The notes under the pieces were generated by a model that saw only the letters and a program-made list of their open reading frames with translations, was not told the origin of the DNA and did not search any database. From NCBI GenBank assembly GCA_045106895.1, contig JBGCFM010000139.1:1-41801 (forward strand): a stretch of 41,801 nt of DNA, given 5' to 3'. This DNA is from Polyangiales bacterium. Lineage in GTDB: Bacteria > Myxococcota_A > Polyangia > Polyangiales > Houyiibacteriaceae. Both the position numbers and the translations under genes were made by a program. Below are positions 1 through 8,831 of the stretch, piece after piece (within the stretch, counting starts at the first letter, position 1; each line of letters opens with the position of its first letter).

Positions 1-126
1 TGCGCAGGAGATGCGAGAGTTCGAGTAGCTTCTCGTGTCGATTCACCGGGACGGATGTGCCTCACGTCGCCGGCGAACGCAAATGCGGGTAGGGCGACAA
101 GGCTGACGTGTCAACTCGGTAGACTC

Positions 127-1557
127 TCACGGAAGTGCGGATGAAGTACTCGGTTCAGCAAGGTCGACGGGCACGTTGTCGGACTCGACCTCCGCGGTCG
201 CAACGAGATGGCCAAAGGCCGCCGCCAAGGCGAGAGCCACGATTGCTCCAACGATGAGCAATGGCCTTCTGCGGCGCGATATCTCGGGCACGTTCCCCAT
301 CGGCGGCGGTGGGTCAAACATCCCCGACGAGATCGGCATAGGCCCACGAGCCGCCTTCGATCGAGGCGACGCCGACCTCACACTGCACGGCCCAGCAGAC
401 ATCGACGCCACAGCGGCCGGCGCCGATCCGGGATTCACGGCGTCTGCCAGAGTGGGCGGATAAAGCGGTCCCGTATCTTCAGTGCTCAAGAGTAAGTCGC
501 CAGCATCGATCCTCTGTATCGCCTTGGTGGCGAGCGTCGCTCGACCGATACCCGGAGCTACGTCGACGAGAGTGGTTGACACTGCACTGATCGATGGCCG
601 CGCTTCGCGCGCGCGCACCGCGTACTGAATCGCGGCGACCATGCGCCCAATCGACTCGCCCGCACAATCATTGACGACGGCCTGAACTTCCTCTGCTCCA
701 GCGCTCTTCGTTGCGCCAGCCAACGCCGCAGCGAACTCCGACGCTGTCTGAAAACGACGTGCCACGTCCCGTTCGAGGGCCCGCATGACCACTGCCGCAA
801 GGTTTGGTGGAACTTCGGGTCGCAGCGATCGAGGATCGGGAATCGAAGCGTTCAGCACCGCTGTCAAGGTCTCGTGAGGCTTGGCGCGCTTGAAGAGACG
901 GCGCTGCGTCAACGTCTCCCAAAGAACTACGCCCAACGCGAAGATGTCGCTTCGGCGGTCGAGGGGCTGAGCGCGAGCTTGCTCCGGCGAGCAGTACGAC
1001 AGCTTTCCCTTAATTACTCGGGCCGCGGTCTTCGCGAGACGCTTTTCGGCCTGAGCGACGCCGAAATCCGTGATGCGGGTCGACCCGTCCAAACCCACCA
1101 GTATGTTCTGCGGACTAATATCACGATGAACAATCCGGAGTGGCTGGCCCAATGTCGAACATGCGTTGTGAGCATCGTTCAGGCCGCATGCTGCCTGCTG
1201 AACAATCTGTACAACGACGGGAACTGGAATGGGCGCACCCGCGCTTCCGCGAAGAATGGCGGCAAGACTAGCCCCAATGACCAGGTCCATGACCAAGTAA
1301 AGTGAGCCGTCTTCGTGTCGGTCAAGGTCGAACGTGGACACAACATGCGAACTCCGAATCTGAGCAGCAAGCCGCCCTTCATCGAGGAACATCTTTTGAA
1401 ATTCCGAGTCTGCGCTGATGTCTGGCAGCATGCGCTTAAGAGCGACCAACTTCTCGAATCCATCGGCCCCCTTGACCCGTGCGGAGTACACGGTTGCCAT
1501 CCCGCCGGATGCGATCTCTGCCAAGAGTTCATACCTACCGATGGTCTGCGGAGTCAT
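127..1557 (-). CDS. Hanks-type Ser/Thr protein kinase with a C-terminal transmembrane helix
   Basis: Kinase motifs IASGGMATVY, VALKRM, HRDISPQNILV, DFGVA, GKLSYCSPEQ and DIFALG. These are followed by a Pro/Ala linker, RRRR and the hydrophobic stretch PLLIVGAIVALALAAAF, then only a short tail. Confidence 0.95.
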   Translation of the reverse strand: MTPQTIGRYELLAEIASGGMATVYSARVKGADGFEKLVALKRMLPDISADSEFQKMFLDEGRLAAQIRSSHVVSTFDLDRHEDGSLYLVMDLVIGASLAAILRGSAGAPIPVPVVVQIVQQAACGLNDAHNACSTLGQPLRIVHRDISPQNILVGLDGSTRITDFGVAQAEKRLAKTAARVIKGKLSYCSPEQARAQPLDRRSDIFALGVVLWETLTQRRLFKRAKPHETLTAVLNASIPDPRSLRPEVPPNLAAVVMRALERDVARRFQTASEFAAALAGATKSAGAEEVQAVVNDCAGESIGRMVAAIQYAVRAREARPSISAVSTTLVDVAPGIGRATLATKAIQRIDAGDLLLSTEDTGPLYPPTLADAVNPGSAPAAVASMSAGPCSVRSASPRSKAARGPMPISSGMFDPPPPMGNVPEISRRRRPLLIVGAIVALALAAAFGHLVATAEVESDNVPVDLAEPSTSSALP

Positions 1558-1581
1558 TGACGAGAGCTCACATGCCGCACG

Positions 1582-2223
1582 CTAAGGGTAGCGTTCTTCC
1601 CGCGGAATAACGAACGCGTTCGCTAGCGCCACTTCAACGTTCTCGTCCGCCCAGTCTTCTTCCCGAACAGCTTCTTCGATGGACCGGACCTCGTTGGAAA
1701 CGCGTACACCTCGATACCCATCAGCGCTTCGCCGCGGTTGCGGGACCATCAGCCATTTGAATAGCTCGTGTCGCTCCCGGATCAGACGAACGACGGGCTC
1801 AGCGTTGAGCATCGAAAGTTTGACCGACTCGCCGTCGTTCAATACCAGCTCGAGGATAGAATAGGCGGAAGTAGATGTTTCTAAGACAACGGTCTGCAGG
1901 CTTGCGAAGGGGATAGCACGCAGCGGTAGATGAAGACCGTCGATTCCAACCTCAAGCTTGATCGCAGAAGTTGCGTGGCGAGGGGACGTATCCGAAAAGA
2001 AACGAAAAGCCAAGAATCCGAAAATCACGGCGGACGTGCTAAGCAATAGCGATAGCGACAGCTTTGTCGTCGGCTCGATATCGCTGGCATTGACAAGAGC
2101 AAAACCGCCGCCCGCACTAAGCGTTCCAACCACTAGCATTATACCGATGAGCCCCGCCTGGTTCGCTCTTGGTTCGACACGAGAACAAACAAACTCAACC
2201 TTGCGTGGAAGTGGCTTAGGCAT
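1582..2223 (-). CDS. Hypothetical membrane protein with two TM helices and a possible PH-like beta domain
   Basis: ORF 1582..2334. The start is moved to ATG 2223 (MPKPLPRK), which is preceded by GGGGAAGAG. Two hydrophobic segments (GLIGIMLVVGTLSAGGGFALV; LSLSLLLSTSAVIFGFLAF). Co-directional with the kinase, 24 nt upstream of it. Confidence 0.65.
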   Translation of the reverse strand: MPKPLPRKVEFVCSRVEPRANQAGLIGIMLVVGTLSAGGGFALVNASDIEPTTKLSLSLLLSTSAVIFGFLAFRFFSDTSPRHATSAIKLEVGIDGLHLPLRAIPFASLQTVVLETSTSAYSILELVLNDGESVKLSMLNAEPVVRLIRERHELFKWLMVPQPRRSADGYRGVRVSNEVRSIEEAVREEDWADENVEVALANAFVIPREERYP

Positions 2224-2372
2224 CGTCAGAACATATCTCTTCCCCCTATTCTTCGCAGAAAAACGGCGAGCGGGGGGAATTCCGGACGAAGCGGCGAATA
2301 AGTGAGCCCGGGTCGCGAACGATTCTTGGTTCACGGATATCGAAGGGCCGACTTCTGAGCTACTCTAGTTGG

Positions 2373-3338
2373 ATGAGGCAGACCCCACTTCTCTTGCTCA
2401 TGTTCTCTCTCGCCTACGCGTGCGGCGACGACGATGGGACGAGTTCTGACAGCGGCACACGCGACTCTTCCGTTCAGACGGATACGAACGTCACCGCCGA
2501 CAGCGGTCCAGAAGAGGACGCCGGAATGCAGAGTGATTCCGGCCCAGAGGAAGACGTTGGCCCAGATGACGTCGGTGTCGACGCGCCGCCTCCAGGCAGC
2601 GTCGGGTGCACCAGCGGCGACGGCCTGAGCGAAGGCGAGCACACGTTCATGATGGACGGCTACGAGCGCCGATACATCGTTCGTCTCCCCGAGGGGTACA
2701 GCGCGGACCGAACTTGGCCGCTCATCTTTGCTCTCCACGGAAACGGCGGAAACCCGGGCTACTGGGATAGCGAGGACGGCGATCGAAACATTCGCGGCGC
2801 CTTCGAAGACGAGGCGATCCTGATCCTTGGGCACGCCATCGACAACCAGTGGCGCAACTACGACGACCGCGACAACTGGGAGCGGAATATCGCCTTCGAG
2901 CTGAACTACTTTGACGCCATCGTCGAAGAGGCGACGAACGAGCTCTGCATCGACGAAGAGAACATCTTCTCGATGGGCTTCAGCGGCGGCGGCTCCTTCT
3001 CGGGGCTTCTTGGATGTCGGCGGGACTACATCCGCGCCATCTCCGTGGGCGGCAGCGTGATCTACTTCGACACGGAAGACGCCTGCGTGAACACCCCCGC
3101 CGCCTGGATCACCATCGGCCAGGACGAACAGGCCGAAGGCCGCTCGAACTACCGCGAGTTCTTCCGTGACCTCGCAGGCTGCGACGAAGCCGACGCGCCT
3201 GATGAAGGATGCGTGGAGTACACGAGCTGCGGGGAAGACGACCCCGTCATCTACTGCACACATCCCGCAGGGCACCGCTGGCCGGACATCGGCACCGACG
3301 CGACACGAGACTTCTTCCGCCAGTTCTACGCGGACTGA
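2373..3338 (+). CDS. Lipoprotein alpha/beta hydrolase (PHB depolymerase / CE1 feruloyl esterase-like)
   Basis: Lipobox LAYAC-GDDD and an Asp/Ser/Gly tether. Then RRYIVRLPEGY, PLIFALHGNG, the nucleophile elbow GFSGGG and a C-terminal GHRWP (putative catalytic His). Confidence 0.85.
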   Translation: MRQTPLLLLMFSLAYACGDDDGTSSDSGTRDSSVQTDTNVTADSGPEEDAGMQSDSGPEEDVGPDDVGVDAPPPGSVGCTSGDGLSEGEHTFMMDGYERRYIVRLPEGYSADRTWPLIFALHGNGGNPGYWDSEDGDRNIRGAFEDEAILILGHAIDNQWRNYDDRDNWERNIAFELNYFDAIVEEATNELCIDEENIFSMGFSGGGSFSGLLGCRRDYIRAISVGGSVIYFDTEDACVNTPAAWITIGQDEQAEGRSNYREFFRDLAGCDEADAPDEGCVEYTSCGEDDPVIYCTHPAGHRWPDIGTDATRDFFRQFYAD

Positions 3339-3350
3339 TGCCGAGCTCGC

Positions 3351-4175
3351 TTAGGCGGGCTTGCTCTCCTCGCCGTCCTCGACCCACTTCTTGAGGTTCT
3401 TCGTGAGCAGCTCATTCCAGCCCTCACGAAAGCTCTCTTGCGTGTCCGCATCTCGCGTGCCGTGGCAGTAGTGGTTGAGCGTGAACTTCGTGCCCGCGTC
3501 GTCGTCTTCAAGCTCGAAGCTGTACTTGCTCACGCCTGGACCCCGAAGACCCATGCCGCCCTCGAGGGTGATCTTCTTGCCTTTGCGAAGGTGCGTCACC
3601 GTTCCGTAGAGCTCGCCCTCCCCGTCGCCCCATCGTTCGATGAAGAGTCCGCCCACGCGGCCGTCGAGGGAGATGTCGGAGTCGTTCGGCCCGATGTGAA
3701 AGCCCCACCACTTGGCGATGTCCCCCGTGATGGCCGCCCAGACTTTCTCCTTTGGCGCGGCGTAGGTGATCTCTTGGACAATGTGAAAACTGAGGTTGGT
3801 GTCGTCGCTCATGGTTTGGCTTTCGTGTTGGGTTTCTTGTCTGGAATCGGCCGCGAGAACTTGCTCGAGATCGAGGAGTCGTGACGCATCGGCTTCCGCG
3901 AAGCCGCGAACGAAGCGTCGAACAAGTCGCTGAAGCGGCACGGCGTTCAGGTGATTGAAGCGCTGGCGCCCCTCTCTCTTCACGAGGAGCAAGCCCGCCG
4001 CCTCCAGGACGTCGAGGTGCTTCATCACGCCGTAGCGCGTCATCTCGAAGCGCTCGCATAAGCCACCGGTCGTCACGGGCCCTTCACGCAGCAACTCGAG
4101 GAGCGCACGGCGAGTCGGGTCGCCAAGCGCCTTCCAGACTCGCGTTTCCTCGGTATTTTCTGCGCTTCGCTTCAT
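3351..4175 (-). CDS. ArsR/SmtB-family regulator fused to an SRPBCC (START-like) domain
   Basis: ArsR HTH: WKALGDPTRRALLELL...VMKHLDVLEAAGLLLVKREGRQRFNHLN. SRPBCC: APKEKVWAAIT..IAKWW...GTKFTLNH...GWNELL..LKKWVE. Start set at ATG 4175. Confidence 0.9.
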   Translation of the reverse strand: MKRSAENTEETRVWKALGDPTRRALLELLREGPVTTGGLCERFEMTRYGVMKHLDVLEAAGLLLVKREGRQRFNHLNAVPLQRLVRRFVRGFAEADASRLLDLEQVLAADSRQETQHESQTMSDDTNLSFHIVQEITYAAPKEKVWAAITGDIAKWWGFHIGPNDSDISLDGRVGGLFIERWGDGEGELYGTVTHLRKGKKITLEGGMGLRGPGVSKYSFELEDDDAGTKFTLNHYCHGTRDADTQESFREGWNELLTKNLKKWVEDGEESKPA

Positions 4176-4197
4176 ATGTGAGCATTTGGTCACATAT
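4174..4197. promoter_or_regulatory. Palindromic operator candidate ATATGTGA-N8-TCACATAT overlapping the ArsR start codon
   Basis: Perfect 8-bp arms at 4174-4181 and 4190-4197, AT-rich in a GC-rich background. The position is typical of ArsR autorepression. Confidence 0.75.
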
Positions 4198-4305
4198 TGT
4201 CCGTGAGCGCAAGTAACCCGCCCCAATTGCAGACGCGGCACTGGGTGACTCGCGAGGAGTCAGCACCAATGCCGCGGCGGCGGAGAACGAAAGCTGAGTC
4301 GAGTG

Positions 4306-5694
4306 CTACTCAGCGATGTCGATGCGGTAGACCTGACGCGTCGTCATGTGCGCGAAGTAGACCGAGCCCTGCATCGCCGTGATGCCCGCGAGGCCAGCGC
4401 CGAGACCCGTGTCCACGGTGCGAACGATCTCGCCGGTGGTGCGGTCGATGATTGAGATCTGACCGCTGTTGTGGTCACCGATCACAAGAGTGTCAGCGTC
4501 AACGGTGGCCAAACCGCTTGGTTGTGCGTCAGCGCCCCATTCCGCGAGAAGCTCGGCGGAAGTGACGAGGTCCGTGAGCGTGGGGTTGTCGATGATGTCG
4601 CCCTCGATGTTCTCGTAGGTGCGCCACAGGCGGGTCGACGCGATATCTTCCGTGAGGGAGAGAGTGACGATGCGCGCGTTGAGCGTGTCGGCGATGAAGA
4701 GCGTGTCTCCGTCGATCTCAAGGTTGCTTGGCACGTCGACGACGCGACCCAGTTCTCCTCGTGGTGGGAGGTAACGACTCACGATGGCGTCCTCGTGGTA
4801 GAAGTGGCCCGGCGAGTGGGGCTTGCCGAAGTCGTAGCGGTCGATGGAACCGACGGATCCGTTGAGAACCCAGAAGATCTGGTCTTGTTCCCACGCCATG
4901 CCCATGCAGTACTGAGTGCCGTGGACCATGTCGAGATGGGTGCCGTTGGACCAGGAGTAAGGCACTTCGCCGTCCACGTAGATCTCTCGGTCACCGGTCC
5001 AGAGGCTCGGCCCAATGAAGGGAGGAGCGTCCGTCAGGTTGCCCGTCGCGTGCTCGGCGCAAGTCGCGAAGATGTGGGGAAGAATCTGTGTCTCGGTGAT
5101 GAGTGGGCGGCCCTCCATGTCGAGCGTGCCTGGGTCGCCCGGCTCCAACGTGTCTTCGGCCATGCCGAAGGCGATGGCGGAAGGTCGGCGCATGAAGTGA
5201 AACGAGTTCTGGTCGACGACGAAGTTGACGCGGTTGTTCGCCACCGTCGCCATCTCCGGCGCCGAGGGGTTCGCGATGGATGCCGTTCCGCCCTGGAGGC
5301 CAAAGCAGTTGTCGTCGTCCGAAGGACGCGTGGAGATGCCACGCTCCGTGCACTCTTCAGCGTCGGTGAACTCGGTCTCCCGATCCATGCGATGGATGAC
5401 CCAGAGCTCACCGTCGGTGCCTTCGTCCAGGTCGACGGGGATCCAAGGACGCATCTCGCCGGCGTTTCGGTCGTTGGCCTCACCTGCCGCGTAGATCGGG
5501 GTGAAGCTCAGTTCGCCTCCGCGGATGCCTGAAGGCCCCGCGTCGGTGCCGCCATCGAAGGTATCGACGTCGGGTCCTCCGTCGCTGGAGCCAGCATCAA
5601 AGCTGCCTACGTCGGCGATGGGCAGCGTGGAGTCATCACCACACGCCATAGCGAGGATGAGAGAGAGAAGAGTAATGCACTTCAGAGCGGACAT
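4306..5694 (-). CDS. Uncharacterised beta-propeller lipoprotein with His-rich motifs
   Basis: Lipobox LAMAC-GDD and a DAG tether. NHL/propeller-like blades (LFIADTLNARIV, LVIGDHNSGQISII). Motifs HFMRRPSAIAF, HLDMVH and PHSPGHFYH. Confidence 0.8.
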   Translation of the reverse strand: MSALKCITLLSLILAMACGDDSTLPIADVGSFDAGSSDGGPDVDTFDGGTDAGPSGIRGGELSFTPIYAAGEANDRNAGEMRPWIPVDLDEGTDGELWVIHRMDRETEFTDAEECTERGISTRPSDDDNCFGLQGGTASIANPSAPEMATVANNRVNFVVDQNSFHFMRRPSAIAFGMAEDTLEPGDPGTLDMEGRPLITETQILPHIFATCAEHATGNLTDAPPFIGPSLWTGDREIYVDGEVPYSWSNGTHLDMVHGTQYCMGMAWEQDQIFWVLNGSVGSIDRYDFGKPHSPGHFYHEDAIVSRYLPPRGELGRVVDVPSNLEIDGDTLFIADTLNARIVTLSLTEDIASTRLWRTYENIEGDIIDNPTLTDLVTSAELLAEWGADAQPSGLATVDADTLVIGDHNSGQISIIDRTTGEIVRTVDTGLGAGLAGITAMQGSVYFAHMTTRQVYRIDIAE

Positions 5695-5784
5695 GAGGAA
5701 ACCATGACACGGGTTTGCTCAAGGCGGTAGAGACTCAAATCTCAGGCTTTTCGGATTCTTCGTAGTGGCTGCTATATTCCCGGC

Positions 5785-7017
5785 GTGTTCCGAGCCGCTC
5801 TCTGTCTTTCGCTATTGGTTGGGTGTGCGGATTCCTACTCCGTTAGCGTGCGCTTCGCCGATACGGCGCTCCAGACGAATGCCACCCAAGTGGAGGTGAT
5901 GGTGGTCGGGCAATGCCCTGCGATACTTCTCGAGCCTCCGGCCAACGTTTTTCGGCGAGTCGTCGTGCGAGAAGGAGAAACAACGGAAGCTCTAGGCGAC
6001 CTCCCAAGTGGCGCGTACGGGCTCTATTCACGTGCCATCGACGATCGCTGCCAGGTCATTGCAGCTGGCTGCACGCCCGTCCTCGTCGCGGGTGGCGAAA
6101 GCGGCGAGTTGGTGGTGACTCTCTCCAGCGTGGATGGCGAAGAATGCGTAGCGTCGCTCTGCCCCGACGTGTGCGGCACCAGCGACGCCGGCGAAGCCGA
6201 TGCCTCAAGCGACGGCGGACTCGACGCCGGCGATGCCAGCGACGCTCTCGAGGCCAGCGACGCTCTCGATGCCAGCGATGCTCTCGTCGCCAGCGATGCT
6301 CTCGACGCCAGCGATGCTCTCGACGCCAGCGACGCCAGCGAGCCCTGCCCGCTTGGCAACTATCCGGCGACTATCAACGTCGACTCTCCCGCGTTCTACT
6401 TTCGCTTCGAGGAAGGCTCCGCCGCCGAAGACGATCGCGGAGGCACCGAAGCGGAGCTGACTGGAGAATTCGACGTCGAGGCCACGTCAGCGTTTCCTTC
6501 CCTCGGCAACAGCCTCTCCCTCGGAGAGAGCGGCGCGTTTGAGCTTCTGACGAACCTGCCCGACGACCCCACGTTCACCCTCGCCGTGTGGATACGCGTC
6601 TCCGCGGACATCGTGGACCAGCTGCCGCGCGCCATCTTCATCGGAGAGGACTTTCGCGTCTCGGGCTTTCGCTTCTGGATAGTGGAAGGTCCTGCCATTG
6701 AATACACCACTTCATTTGGACGCCCGTTGGGTATGAGGATCGATCCCGTTGTCTTCGGGGAGCTCCCGTTGAACGAGTGGACGCACGTCGCTGTTAGCGT
6801 CGGTGGCGACGAAGTGCGCGGCTACATCAATGGCGTCGAAGTCGTGCGTAGTGAAGTCTCCAACCTCATCCCCGGCTCGAGCGTCGCGGGTAGCGGATTC
6901 CTAAACGGCCTCTCCGGCGGCATCGATATCGATGAACTGGTCTACTACCCACGGGTCTTGGACGCGGAAGTGGTTCAGCGGCACTACCAGGCCGCCCTTG
7001 GCTGCAACGCCCCCTAG
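5785..7017 (+). CDS. Lipoprotein with an N-terminal Cys-containing module, DASDAL repeat linker and C-terminal LamG/concanavalin-like domain
   Basis: GTG start and lipobox LLVGC. LamG-like signatures FYFRFEE, FTLAVWIR, EWTHVAV..G..VRGYINGV and IDELVYYPRVL. Confidence 0.85.
   Translation: MFRAALCLSLLVGCADSYSVSVRFADTALQTNATQVEVMVVGQCPAILLEPPANVFRRVVVREGETTEALGDLPSGAYGLYSRAIDDRCQVIAAGCTPVLVAGGESGELVVTLSSVDGEECVASLCPDVCGTSDAGEADASSDGGLDAGDASDALEASDALDASDALVASDALDASDALDASDASEPCPLGNYPATINVDSPAFYFRFEEGSAAEDDRGGTEAELTGEFDVEATSAFPSLGNSLSLGESGAFELLTNLPDDPTFTLAVWIRVSADIVDQLPRAIFIGEDFRVSGFRFWIVEGPAIEYTTSFGRPLGMRIDPVVFGELPLNEWTHVAVSVGGDEVRGYINGVEVVRSEVSNLIPGSSVAGSGFLNGLSGGIDIDELVYYPRVLDAEVVQRHYQAALGCNAP
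6232..6339 (+). repeat. In-frame 18-bp tandem repeat (5 copies plus a partial sixth) encoding DASDAL
   Basis: Units close to GAYGCCAGCGAYGCTCTC start at 6232, 6250, 6268, 6286 and 6304, with a partial unit at 6322. Confidence 0.95.
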
Positions 7018-8234
7018 TCGCGTCGCACACACATCTGTATGCGTCCCTCCAAGAAGCGGCGCTCCGTTTGATTCCCGCATCGCGCAAGAGCGGCCTCGTA
7101 CGCTTGACGGGCTTCCACGGGCTGTTCGAGACGACGCAGCAGTTCGCCTCTTGCCGAGTGAAACAAGTAGTAGTCCGACAGCTCGCCGCTGAGCGCTTCC
7201 ACGAGCTCAAGACCCTGCGCTGGGCCGAAGGCTTCTGCCACCGCCACGGCTCGGTTGAGCGCCACCACAGGGCTCGGCATCACGCGGAGCAGGTGTTCGT
7301 AGAGCCCGACGATCTGCGGCCAGTCCGTTTCCTCCGCCACCCTCGCCTCCGCATGAAGCGCGGCGATGGCCGCCTGGAGGGCATAGGTTCCAGCCGCGAC
7401 ACGCTTCTGCGTGCCCAAAATCAACGCATGACGAGCGAGCGCTGCGCCGCGTTCGATGGCCTCACGGTCCCAGCGGCTGCGGTCTTGATCCGACAAGAGC
7501 ACCAGCTCTCCGTCGTCCGTCGTCCGGGTGTCGGCGCGTGAGTGGTGCAGCGTCATCAACGCCAGCAGCCCATAGGCCTCCGGCTGCTCGGCGAAGAGCA
7601 GCACGAGCTCGTCTCCCATGCGCAGCGCGTGCCGGCACAAGTCTCGCCGCACAAGGTCGGCGCCGGAGCTCGCGCCATAGCCTTCATTGAAGACGAGGTA
7701 GATGACCTGGAGCACGCCGCCAAGTCGCTCCCGCAGCTCATCGCCACTCGGCACGCGATACGGAATCTTCGCGTTCTTAATCTTCTTCTTCGCACGCACG
7801 ATGCGCTGCGCCATCGTTGGCACCGGCGTCAGAAATGCCCGGGCGATCTCCTCCGTCGTAAGCCCTGCGATCGTGCGCAGGGTGAGCGCAACGCGCACTT
7901 CAGGCGATAACGCGGGGTGACAGCAGGTGAAGATGAGTCGGAGCATGTCGTCTCGTACAGCGTCAGGATCTGGCGTTTCGTCCGCCTGCAAGGAGTGAAG
8001 AACAACAAGGTCCGGCTCACGCTCCTCTCGGAGGCGGCGCTTACGGATCTCGTCGATGGCGCGGTTCTTTGCCGCGCGGGTAAGCCAAGCGCGGGGCGAG
8101 TCCGGAAAACCGTCTCGCTCCCACACCACGGCGGCTTCAACAAGAGCCTGTTGAAGAGAGTCCTCCGCCAAATCGAGGTCGCGCACCGAACGGATCAGGC
8201 GAGCGAGGACATGGCCATAGTGGTCACGGACCAC
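7014..8234 (-). CDS. ECF sigma factor with a C-terminal TPR-containing extension (ECF42-type)
   Basis: Region 2 DLDLAEDSLQQA...PRAWLTRAAKNRAIDEIR; DDMLRLIFTCCHPAL; region 4 GLTTEEIARAF; IYLVFNEGY, QAAIAALH, DWPQIVGLY and a TPR-like end. It lies directly downstream of a DGPF gene. An alternative in-frame CTG start at 8261 is preceded by GGAG. Confidence 0.93.
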   Translation of the reverse strand: MVRDHYGHVLARLIRSVRDLDLAEDSLQQALVEAAVVWERDGFPDSPRAWLTRAAKNRAIDEIRKRRLREEREPDLVVLHSLQADETPDPDAVRDDMLRLIFTCCHPALSPEVRVALTLRTIAGLTTEEIARAFLTPVPTMAQRIVRAKKKIKNAKIPYRVPSGDELRERLGGVLQVIYLVFNEGYGASSGADLVRRDLCRHALRMGDELVLLFAEQPEAYGLLALMTLHHSRADTRTTDDGELVLLSDQDRSRWDREAIERGAALARHALILGTQKRVAAGTYALQAAIAALHAEARVAEETDWPQIVGLYEHLLRVMPSPVVALNRAVAVAEAFGPAQGLELVEALSGELSDYYLFHSARGELLRRLEQPVEARQAYEAALARCGNQTERRFLEGRIQMCVRRD

Positions 8235-8269
8235 TGAGCCTAGCTGCTGTCGCGCGTCCAGCGTAGCTC

Positions 8270-8629
8270 CTAGCCGTCTAGCTCGTAGTTCATGATGGCG
8301 CGGACTTCGACGCAGCCCTGTTTCGCCGTGGGGATCTTCGCCGCAAGCGCGATAGCCTCGGACTCATCCTTCGCTTCGACGAGGTAGTAGCCTCCGAGCT
8401 GCTCCTTGGTCTCCGCAAAGGGACCATCGGTGGTGGTCGTTTCGCCATCACGCACGCGGACCGTCTTTGCGCTCGACGTCGAATGAAGCGCGTCGCCGGC
8501 GACGAAGTTCCCATTCTTCTTCGCGTGCTCGTTGAAGGCATAGTAGCCGCCGAACATCTCCTTGCGTGCGCCGTCCGACATCGCGGCGTTTTCTTCTTCG
8601 TTGCTGTAGATCAAAAGTAGGTACTGCAT
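8270..8629 (-). CDS. YciI/DGPF family protein
   Basis: MQYLLLIY start, TTDGPFAETKEQLGGYYLVE and VEVRAI. GGAG RBS upstream. Confidence 0.95.
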   Translation of the reverse strand: MQYLLLIYSNEEENAAMSDGARKEMFGGYYAFNEHAKKNGNFVAGDALHSTSSAKTVRVRDGETTTTDGPFAETKEQLGGYYLVEAKDESEAIALAAKIPTAKQGCVEVRAIMNYELDG

Positions 8630-8667
8630 GTGTTCTCCATGGTCGGGGCCCAGGCGCCCTACCCACT

Positions 8668-8787
8668 GAGCGTACCAGCTTGCGCGCTTTCGACAGCGGG
8701 TGCGTCTTTTCTGAAAAATCGCCGACTTTTGGGGAAGTCGAAATTCTTTTCACTTCGCTGTCGAATTCCGAGTCGCTCCTTCGCCTC
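8668..8787. promoter_or_regulatory. Two divergent ECF42-type promoter candidates (TGTCGA-N17-CGC)
   Basis: Minus strand: TGTCGA at 8695-8690, 17 nt, then CGCTC, pointing to the DGPF gene. Plus strand: TGTCGA at 8759-8764, 17 nt, then CGCCTC, pointing to the VOC gene. Confidence 0.7.
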
Positions 8788-8831
8788 CCCTGCACAACAC
8801 GGGCTGAGAGCTCGCACAAAAGGATTTCGAT

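Noticed and set aside
1..28. Possible 3' end of a plus-strand gene (AQEMREFE-stop)
   Set aside because: Too short to support from this window.
6232..6339. Tandem repeat considered as a CRISPR array
   Set aside because: The units are contiguous 18-mers with no spacers, in frame within a CDS, and there are no cas genes.
5913..6542. Arg-rich ORF with RCQRRSR repeats
   Set aside because: It is an alternative frame of the DASDAL tandem repeat inside a supported gene.
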